From: Eledone cirrhosa | Lineage: Eukaryota | DNA: 64,000 nt | Assembly (NCBI GenBank): GCA_964016885.1 | Contig: OZ024744.1 | Coordinates: forward strand, 9,734,001-9,798,000 | Direction: 5' to 3' | In this document: positions 54,512 through 64,000 of the stretch, in pieces | Position numbering within the stretch: position 1 is the stretch's first letter | How the letters are laid out: each line of letters starts with the position of its first letter | Notes under the pieces: model-generated | What the model was told of the DNA's origin: nothing | The model's database searches: none | The model's input: only the letters and a program-made list of their open reading frames with translations | Translations under genes and position numbers: made by a program

Positions 54512-55100
54512 ATATAATAATAATAATAATGAAATTATTGTGTACAGTGCTCAGGTGCACTACAACTCATCAAAGGTGCATGTATAGTACATAGAATAAT
54601 GTACAAATGTCAGGAAAATGAACAGTGTATGAGTCATGATATAATAATAATAACAATAATGAAATATTGTGTACAGTGCCCAGGTGCACCACAACTCATC
54701 AAAAAAGTGCATGTACAGTATATAGGGCAATGCACAAACATCAGTAAAATGAACAGTGCACGAGTCATGATACACACATGTGTGCATGTGTATGGAAGGG
54801 GTACATCAGGTGTAGTTTTGGCGTATTTCGGGAAGCATGAGTGTCTTAAAGGATGCAGTGTCTCGGCAGCTAACAATTGACGCAGGCAGTTTGTTCCATG
54901 CTTCAGCAACTCTGAGCGTGAAAAAATGTCTACGAAAGTCATGGGAGCTGTGCTGTTTTCTGATCTTGTAGGCATGTCCACGTGTGTTAGACACATGGAG
55001 ATCAAAGAGGCGCTCAGGGTTGCAATTGACGAGATGGTTAAAAATTTTGTGGGTATTCACCAAGTCCATTGCCAGACGTCGGAGCTTCAATGAATCCATT
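54512..55100 (-). mobile_element. CR1 LINE 3' end without the expansion; 3' UTR present twice in tandem
   Basis: MDSLKLRRLA..RVAEAWNKLPASIVSCRDTASFKTLMLPEIRQNYT*, followed by two UTR plus (ATT)n tails. Confidence 0.9.
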
Positions 55101-55714
55101 AAAGTAATAATAATTAGATATATATACACACATCTATATACATACATACACATGCATACGCGAAAACACACGCCATGCATCCAAAAAGATGCATGTACAC
55201 ATAAACGCGTGCACACATACAAACCTATAAACCAAATACACATAAAAAATATATGTGCGTGTGTATACATAGAGCACTAGAAGTCGATGGAAACTGCGGA
55301 GTGGGGAGACCCAAGAAGACCTGGGATGAGGTGATAAAAACCGACCTTACCCAATTACACCTCTCAAAGGCGATGACACATGACCGTGACCTCTGGCGTC
55401 ACGCAGTAATACAGAGTACCAGAGTACCTCTCACAGGACCGTGACCTCTGGCGTCATGAAGTAATACAGAAAATCCAACATCTTTTAATGTAGTGACACA
55501 ATTGGCAAGTGACGTGGAGTGCCTTAGTTTTTTGTTCTGTTTAACTTTGGTCTTCTTAGTTCTATCTCAGTTGCTTCTCTGATTTGCCTACCTGTTGAGA
55601 CATTTCTATGTTTAGATATTATTTTAATTTCTATGTTGTCATTATTACTGTCATGTCTTTGTCTGCGTGTTCATATAGTACTGAACTGTTTATTTGTCCT
55701 TATTTCATTTCATT

Positions 55715-56038
55715 TTACATCTGCTTTTTCCCTGCTTGCAAGGGTGGGACGGGAACTGATGCTGGCTTGATTTCTACAGCTGGATGCCCTTCCTAACACC
55801 AACCTCATTTACAGTGAGGGCTGGGTGCTTTTTTTTGCCGTGGCACCTCCACGACCACTTTGCAGTGGAATGATAGGGACCCCAGTCCCTATCATCTCAT
55901 TTCTACAGCTGAGTAAACTGGAGCAATGTGAAATAAAGTGTCTTGCTCAAGGAAACAACACATCACCCGGTCTGAGAATTGAACTCACAACCTTTCGATT
56001 GCAAGGCCAATGCTCTAACCACTAAGCCATGTGCCTCC
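55715..56038 (-). mobile_element. Same SINE family copy
   Basis: Near-identical to 53735-54056. Confidence 0.82.
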
Positions 56039-56276
56039 ATATATATATATATCAGAAAAAGGAAAATCTGCTTCGTAGAATCAAGACGTATTTGAGGACC
56101 TTGTGATTTTCAGAGTCAGGTTTGATCATCACATCGATGGTGCCTTGAGCTGGTCGTCAGAGAAACGATTGTAATATGTCCAATAAATTCTATTCGTCAC
56201 AACACTGATTCACTTTTTTTCTGTGATATTATACCCTGCTCATATGGCCTACCGTATACTTTAAGCATCCAACACC

Positions 56277-56306
<30 letters not shown>

Positions 56307-56307
<1 letters not shown>

Positions 56308-57165
56308 GCAGCGGAGGTGGGTGTTCAGAAAGTACAATAACTAGGGTAAGAACGGGATGGAAAAAGTTTAGGGAACTACTACCACTGCTAACTGCAAAAG
56401 GCTTCTCCCTCAAAATGAAAGGCAGACTGTATGATGCGTGTATCCGAACAGCGATGTTACATGGTAGTGAGACCTGGGCGCTGAAGGTGGAAGACTTATG
56501 TAGATTAGAGAGAAACGAAGCCTGCATGCTCCGATGGATGTGTAACAGTAATATATGCGAAGGACAAAGCATATATGAATTGAGAGAGAGACTGAGCATA
56601 AGAGGAATCAAATGCTGTGTGCAAGAGAGGCGGTTGCGCTGGTATGGACATGTGATGCGTATGAAGGATGAGAGCTGCATAAAAAGGTGCAGAGCACTAG
56701 AAGTTGATGGAAACCGCGGAGTGGGGAGACCCAAGATGACCTGGGATGAGGTGATAGAAGCCGACCTTACCCAATTACATCTCTCAAAGGCAATGACACA
56801 CGACCGTGACTTCTGGCATCACGCAGTAATACAGAGTACCCGACCTCCCATGGGTACAAGCTGAAGCATATAGACAATATGCCCCCACACCCCCCACCGC
56901 AAGGTGGTCGTGGAGGTGCCACGGCAAAAAAGCACCCGGCCCACACTGTAAAGTGGACGTGTAGGCACCACGGAAAAGCACCCAGTACTCACTGTAAATG
57001 AGGTTGGTGTTAGGAAGGGCATCCAGCTGTAGAAATCAAGCCAAATCAGTTCCTGTATGAGCAAGGCATGGTCAGCCGACCAGACACTGCCCACAACAGG
57101 ACAACCCGTCTAACCCATGTTAGCGTGGAAGAACGGACGTAAAACGGTGATGATGATGATGATGA
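56307..57165 (+). mobile_element. RTE LINE 3' portion with UTR and (TGA)n tail
   Basis: KGRLYDAC..LHGSETW..MLRWMC..ERRLRWYGHVMRM..GRPK.TW. Confidence 0.9.
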
Positions 57166-57247
57166 TTATATATATATATATAAAATATGTATATATATAA
57201 ATATGTTTATATATATATATATATATATGAGATCATGATCGATTTCA

Positions 57248-57502
57248 TGTAGGTGTCACGACAAAAAAACACAGTCCACGCTGTAATGTGGCCGTGTAGG
57301 TAACACAGTAAAAACCTCCCAATCCACACTGTAAAGGTGGTTGGTCTTAGGAAGGGCATCCAGCTTTAGAAAACCTTCCAGATAGTCCTATACGAGCGAG
57401 ACATGGTTACCTGGCCAATTTTGACTCACGTAGGACAACTCCTGTCTAAACCCATGCTAGCATGGAAGATAGACGTTAAACGATGATGATGATGATGATG
57501 AT
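57248..57502 (+). mobile_element. RTE 3'-UTR fragment
   Basis: Reverse complement of about 57693-57928, (TGA)n tail. Confidence 0.75.
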
Positions 57503-57692
57503 TACATAAGACAGTGAAACACAGTCTTCGTTCAATTTCTGTGTATATTGTCACAATTTTATTTGATCATATCTACATGCATATATATTTGCATATAATA
57601 TCAATATACACACTACACACGAAGGGTGGTTTTCTGCTGGTATATGTAATGTGAATGAAACTCGAAGGTTCATATATATACATGTTTATATA

Positions 57693-58510
57693 TCATCATC
57701 ATCATCGTTTAATGTCTATCTTCCACGCTAACATGGGTTTAGATGGGAATTGTTCCACTGGAGGCAAGATTAGTTGTCTTGCTCGTATAGGACTGTCTGG
57801 CAGGTTTTCTACAGCTGGATGCCCTTCCTAACACCAACCACGTTTACAGTGGACTGGGAGGTTTTTACTGTGTTACCTACACGGCCACATTACAGCGTGG
57901 ACTGTGTTTTTTTGTTGTGACACCTACACAACCTCATTTATTTAGGACTGGATGTTGTGGTACCAACATAACTTTACAGAGAAAGGGTTGGTGTTAATGG
58001 GGGTGGGGGGATAGGGTAGTGGGATGGGTGTATATTTGGTTAAGAGGTGCCTACTGATTGTAGGTTTCACTTTGTACAAGGTAAGGCGGGTCTTCTCTAT
58101 TACTGTGTAGCACCAAAGATCTCGGTCCAGTGACATTGTCTTGGAGAGGTGTATGTGTGTGAGGTCGGAATTTATCAACTCATCCCAGGTTTTTCTGGGT
58201 CTGCCTACTACGTAGCTTCCATCTATATTGATCACCCTGCACTTTTTTATACAGCTGTCGTCTTTCATGCGCATCACGTGACCATACCAACGTAGTCTTC
58301 TCTTGAGTAAACAGCATCTGATCCCTCTTATTCCTAATTTCTCACTTAGTTCATTTATGTTTTGCCGTTCACGTATATTACTATTACACATCCAGCGGAG
58401 CATGCAAGCTTCGTTCCTCTCCAGTCTGCGCAGATCCTTTGCACACAATGCCCAGGTTTCACTGCCATGTAACATCGCTGTTCGTATGCAGGCATCATAC
58501 AATCTGCCTG
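57693..58510 (-). mobile_element. RTE LINE 3' portion
   Basis: ORF 57942-58502 LHGSETW..RRLRWYGHVMRM..GRPRKTW, then UTR and tail. Confidence 0.9.
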
Positions 58511-58536
58511 TGTATATATATATATATAAATGTGTG

Positions 58537-58880
58537 TCATCATCATCATCATCATCATTTTACGTCCGCTTTTCCCTACTTGCAAAGGTGGGACGGGAAC
58601 TGATTCTGCCTTGATTTCTACAGCTGGATGCCCTTCCTAACACCAACCTCATTTACAGTGAGTGCTGGGTGCTTTTTTGCCGTGGCACCTCCACGACCAC
58701 TTTGCAGTGGAAAGATAGGGACCCCAGTCCCTATCATCTCATTTCTACAGCTGAGTAAACTGGAGCAATGTGAGAAAAAGTGTCTGGCTCAAGGAAACAA
58801 CAAATCACCCGGTCTGAGAATTGAACTCACAACCTTTCGATAGCAAGGCCAATGCTCTAACCACTAAGCCATGTGCCTCC
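58537..58880 (-). mobile_element. Same SINE family copy
   Basis: Complete head, body and (ATG)n tail. Confidence 0.82.
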
Positions 58881-59040
58881 ATGTGTGTGTATATATATAT
58901 ATATATGTGGGTGTCGGTGACCTATATCACACGTCATATACACACACATATACATATATATATATATACACACACACACACTCACATATATATATATATA
59001 CACATATATACACATATATATACACACACACACACATATT

Positions 59041-59075
<35 letters not shown>

Positions 59076-59294
59076 CATCATCATCATCATCTTCGTTTAA
59101 CGTCCATGTACCACGCTTGCATGGGTTTGGACGGGAGTTTTCCCACTTGAGGCAAGAGTGGTTGTCTTGCTCGCATAGGACTGTCTGTCGGGTTTTCTAC
59201 AGCTTGATGCCCTTCCTAACACCAACACATATATATATATATATATACACTGCTCCAATTTACGTGAAACTTGTTTTATCCCATTTGTATTCCC

Positions 59295-59965
59295 ATGTAC
59301 CTAGGAGATCAGATTAAAATGGGAGGGGGGTGTTCCGAGGCCATAGTATCTAGAATAAGGACGGGTTGGAAGAAGTTTAGGGAGCTGCTTCCTCTGCTGA
59401 TAAAGAAGGGTTTCTCTCTGTGTACGAAAGGCCTGGTTATATGATGCCTGTGTGTGGAGCGCGATGCTGCATGGTAGTGAAACATGGGCAGCAACGGCTG
59501 GAGAGAAATGAGGCAAGCATGCGCTGTTGGATGTGCAGTGTAAATGTGTGTGAACGACCCAGCATGGATGTGTTGAGAGAGAAACTGTCTGAGAGGGGTA
59601 GAATGTAGTGTACGGGAGAGGAGACTGAGGTGGTATGGACATGTGATGTGTTGAGAGAGAAACTGTCTGAGAGGGGTAGAATGTAGTGTACGGGAGAGGA
59701 GACTGAGGTGGTATGGACATGTGATGCGCATGGAGGATAACCGATGGGTGAAGAAGTGCCAGGAAATGCCAGTTGAAGGAAGACGTGGTAGAGGTAGACC
59801 ACGAAAAACATGGGCGGAGGAGGTGAGAGCAGACCTCAGATTGTTGAAGCTCATGGTGGAGATGACGAGGGAGTGTGACAAGTGCAGAAATGTGGTGCTG
59901 AATAAGACCTGTCCCAGCCTTGCAAGCAGGGAAAAGCGGACGTAAAATGATGATGATGATGATGA
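59295..59965 (+). mobile_element. RTE LINE 3' portion with an internal 78-bp tandem dimer
   Basis: GWKKFRELL..ERNEASM..RWYGHVMRMEDNRWVKKC..GRPRKTW. Dimer at 59567-59722. Confidence 0.9.
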
Positions 59966-59969
59966 TTTC

Positions 59970-60480
59970 AGGATCAACTTCCTTTCAGAGTATTTTCCCA
60001 TTATGCATCTTGGTTGCGGCTGGAGAAAGTGTCGCCATAATTGCCATCTCAGGCGAGGGGTTTGCCACCGCAGAACAGGAAGATGGTTGTACCGTCTGGC
60101 CTTTTGCCATCCTTTCAGTTTAGTCCCGCCTTCTCTAGTTGGAAGGGGAAGCCTGCAGCATCTAAGCCATGTTTTATGACTTTGTTGAGGGCAACATGGC
60201 ATGGAAGGCAGCCAGCACTGTGGCGACAAGGGTTGAGGCCGAAAGAGTCCACAGTTGATTCACAGCGACATTTATGTGGATTGCAAATCCAGAGGCCCAG
60301 ACTGGGGAAACGCCGATGCACAAGCTATTGTTATCCAGCTGCATGCAAGTGGAGAAGAAGGGTAAGGCTTGGAGCCAAGCACCACTGTGGGGTTTGGAGG
60401 CCGTGCGAAAACAGGCAAGGCGGTGCTGGTCGAGCTGGCACGTGAGCCTGTCTGCACTGGGCAGCATCCCAAATGCTTTG
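59970..60480 (-). mobile_element. Degenerate CRE-like RLE non-LTR fragment
   Basis: PHSGAWLQALP, ICNPHKCRC..C..H zinc finger, GFPFQLE..DGKRPDG. Confidence 0.72.
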
Positions 60481-60519
60481 TGGGGGTGGGGGAGGGGGGT
60501 GTCTTCTTTTCTTTTTCTT

Positions 60520-60839
60520 TTCATTCTACGTCCACTTTTCCCTGTTTGCAAGGGTGGGACGGGAACTGATTCTGCCTTGATTTCTACAGCTGGATGCCCT
60601 TCCTAACACCAACCTCATTTACAGTGAGTGCTGGGTGCTTTTTTGCCGTGGCACCTCCACGACTACTTTGCAGTGGAATGATATGGACCCCAGTCCTATC
60701 ATCTCATTTCTCCAGCTGAGTAAACTGGAGCAATGTGAAATAAAGTGTTTTGCTCAAAGAAACAACACATCACCCGGTCTGAGAATTGAACTCACAACCT
60801 TTCGATTGCAAGGCCAATGCTCTAACCACTAAGCCATGT
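60520..60839 (-). mobile_element. Same SINE family copy
   Basis: Same head, body and tail. Confidence 0.8.
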
Positions 60840-61177
60840 CTTATGAATCCAATTCTCTAACCACTCAGCCACATGCCTTATATCTAAAAATATCTCAACC
60901 TATCTGAAATCCAAGCCTACCTAATCAATAAACACACCTGTTTCTTCCGTTCTATCAATCAGTCAATAAGCTGCCTGTGTGTCTGTAATAGCATTCCATA
61001 TATATCTGTATTTCTAAGCCAGATAGATTTCGCCTGCAATTTTATATTCCTGTGTGTACTTGTGTGGGGGGAGTGTGTGTTGCATACACGAGAAAAAGAG
61101 TATGTATTTGACTGTATTTTTGCTACAATTTTTTGATATCTCTCTTTCTATCTGTCTATCTATCTATTTATATTTTA

Positions 61178-61995
61178 CTAGCAGAATGGCCCGGCGTTGC
61201 TCGGGATTTGCTATAGGGTTCTTATATATTTGATATATATTTATCCTTATCGAACCTCGTGAAATAAATACGTTTGTTTATATTTTGTTATTGTGTATGC
61301 AAAAATATCTGTCCATAAATATATAATTATATATATATATTAAAATAACAGACTAAAGTTTAAGCAAAGAATCACTGCTTTCACCCTTAACGGGATATTC
61401 TACCTAAAAGCAGTATGAAGTACATACACTAAGACTAATTGATGTAATCTTTGGCCTTGTTTGCTTATATTTTGTTTTTGTGTGTGCAAAAATATCTGTA
61501 CACGAATATCTATATTAAAATAACATATTAATGTTTAAGCAAAGAATCGCTGCTTTCAACCTTAACGGGATCTTCTTATACTAAAAAAATCAATCTGGAA
61601 AACAGGAAGACGATACTTTGGTTCGTGAAGACGTTCCCTGGCATAAGAATATATATACACACACACACACACTATATATATACATATATACACACACACA
61701 CTGATCGCGTCATAATGACGTAATGCAGACAGTCAGGCATACAGACAAATATTATGAAGGTGCGACGTCATATCTATGTATCTATCTAAAAAGAGAAAGA
61801 CTAAAAGAAAGAGAAAGAGATCGCTAAATCGCCTAATGCGGTCCCTAGGGCATTGAAAATTTGAAATTTTTTTTTGCTCAAAACACTTCCGGGGTCATAC
61901 GAGTTACATGTATAAAGTTTGAAAAAAACCAGTTGGGTACTTCTCGAGTTTTAGGGAAACAGACACACAGACATCCTCTGTTTTATATATATAGA
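61178..61995 (-). mobile_element. Non-autonomous Helitron related to 25024-25824
   Basis: Minus strand A|TCTATATATATAAAACAGAGGATGTCTG .. CCCGAGCAACGCCGGG-CCATTCTG-CTAG|T. Confidence 0.85.
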
Positions 61996-62635
61996 TTAAT
62001 AGTTTTATTTTCATATGTAAACTCCCCATTTGTATTTGTCCCCTTCTTTTGTGCCCTTGTGGCTAATAAAGAAATTTATCTATTTATCTCTCCGGACAAC
62101 AACCCATTCCCTTCTTTAGGTACCACTTTAGAAGGAGAATTAGAGTGGAGAGAGAGGTACTGCACCCCAGTAAATTTACTGAAAGCTGGGTGAATGTAGC
62201 AAAAATGGCCCGAGTGATTGGACCTTCTCTCTTTATAAGCCTGTTGGTTAAAGAAGAGAGCAAAAGGAAGAAAGGAGCACTTGCATAACACGCTCCTGAA
62301 GTTGAGGGTTGTTCTATCGACGGGGTGTTAAATAACCCATTTGTGGCGCCTCCCCCCCTATTGGGGATTTCGATTGTTATAATTGTTTGTTTCAATATTT
62401 TTACACGACTGTATGTAAAATCCCCGGCATGTGTCTTTGTATTGTCCCCTTTTCTTGTGCGCCCTTGTGGCAAATAAAGAAATATATCTATCTGTCTGGA
62501 TAACAATTGATTCCCTTCTTTAGGTACCACTTTAGAAGGAGAATCAAAGTGGATAGAGAGGCACTGCACCCCAGTAACTTTACTGAAAGGTGGGTGAATG
62601 TAGCAAAAATGGCCCGAGTGATTGGGCCTTCTCTG
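61996..62635 (+). mobile_element. Tandem Tx1-related 3' fragments
   Basis: IPFFRYHFRRRIKVDREAL..ERWVNVAKMARV-type sequence twice. CTTGTGGC..AATAAAGAAAT ends near 62072 and 62483. Confidence 0.75.
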
Positions 62636-62764
62636 GAAAGGGCATCCAGCTGTAGAAATCAAGCCAGAATCAGTTCCCGTCCCACCCTTGCAAGCAGGGA
62701 AAAGCGGACGTAAAATAAAATGATGATACGGGCCTTCCAGTTTCATTTCACATTATATACATGT

Positions 62765-63372
62765 CTGTCATCATCATCACCGTTTTACGTCCGTTCTTCC
62801 ACGCTAGCATGGGTTAGACGGGTTGTCCTGTTGTGGGCAGTGTCTGGTCGGTTGACCTTGTCTTGCTCATACGGGAACTGATTCTGGCTTGATTTCTACA
62901 GCTGGATGCCCTTCCTAACACCAACCTCATTTACAGTGAGTACTGGGTGCTTTTTTACCGTGGCACCTCCACGACCACCTTGCAGTGGGGGGATATTGTT
63001 TATATGCTTCAGCTTCAGCTTGTTCCCTTGGGAAGTCGGGTCTTCTGTATTACTGCGTGACGCCAGAGGTTACTGTCATGTGTCATCGCCTTTGAGAGGT
63101 GCAATTGGGCAAGGTCAACTTTTATTACCTCATCCCAGGTCTTCATGGGTCTCCCCACTCTGCAGTTTCCATCGACTTCTAGTGCTCTGCACCTTTTTAT
63201 ACAACAGTCATCCTTCATACGCATCACATGTCCATACCAGCGCAACCGCCTCTCCTGCACACAGCATTTGATTCCTCTTATGCTCAGTCTCTCTCTCAAT
63301 TCATTTATGCTTTGCCGTTCGCGTATATAACTATTACACATCCATCGGAGCATGCAGGCTTCGTTTCTTTCT
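62765..63372 (-). mobile_element. RTE LINE 3' portion
   Basis: MLRWMC..ERRLRWYGHVMRM..GRPMKTW. UTR matches 56865-57165. Confidence 0.9.
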
Positions 63373-64000
63373 GTGTATATTTTAATTATTAAAAAATTAT
63401 TTTTAAGTGAACGTGTCCCAATGGGTCACGGGTGATTTAGTATATTACTAATAACACATGGTTGTCAATATATGTGTTGTGAATGAATGACAGCTGCATA
63501 AAAAAGTGCTGTGCGCTCAAAGTTGTTGGAAGCTTTGGAGTGGGGAGACCTGGGATGAGGTGATAAAAGCCGACCTTACCCAATTGCACCTCTCAAAGGA
63601 GATGACACACGACCGCGACCTCTGGCGTCACGCAAAGGATCTATATAGACAAAGGATCTAATATAGACACAAACACATATGTATATAGTCTAACAAAGTT
63701 CTTTCGTTGCACATCTGCAACATCGTCAGTGGTGCTATTATGTTCCACCTGTTGTATTGTATATCTATTGTATATTGAGGACCGAATAAATTAACTGATA
63801 TAAAAGATACAGAAGCGAAAACCAACCAAACAGTGAGTGTGTTCTGTTATTAATTCTGGCAATATTATTACAACATGACCCTCCCCAAGTACAACAATAC
63901 ATGCATCAGTGGCGAAGGGTAACCTGAAAAGCAGGGCATGCAGTCCAATCGCCATGGTGCAGCGATACCCCCCCCCCCCCCCCAATTCCCTCTAAATGAC

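Noticed and set aside
55965-56038. tRNA gene (TGC anticodon-like loop)
   Set aside because: No acceptor stem; it is the head of a SINE present in five copies.
56050-56130. Possible next ADCY9 exon (IKTYL-like string)
   Set aside because: Wrong phase for the phase-1 donor and stop codons follow immediately.

Overview
Repeat-saturated, AT-rich eukaryotic (animal) genomic DNA. The SINE and LINE families resemble those I recall from octopod cephalopods; this is an inference and was not verified. The only recognisable host coding sequence is one large exon of an adenylate cyclase 9-like gene (28037-29531, +). The rest is two Ty3/Gypsy LTR elements, two head-to-head Tx1/L1-clade LINEs forming a roughly 12-kb palindrome, many RTE, CR1 and CRE-like LINE fragments, tRNA-derived SINEs, two non-autonomous Helitrons, (TA)n tracts and three tandem arrays. 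The most striking pattern is LINE coding sequence turning into satellite DNA. An 80-bp satellite is a slice of RTE ORF2 still fused to its parent. A 61-bp array of about 43 copies sits inside a CR1 3' end. A separate RTE copy holds a perfect dimer of the same slice with the same GATG breakpoints. Other notable structures are a minimal hammerhead-ribozyme motif split by a Helitron and a fold-back RTE insertion.
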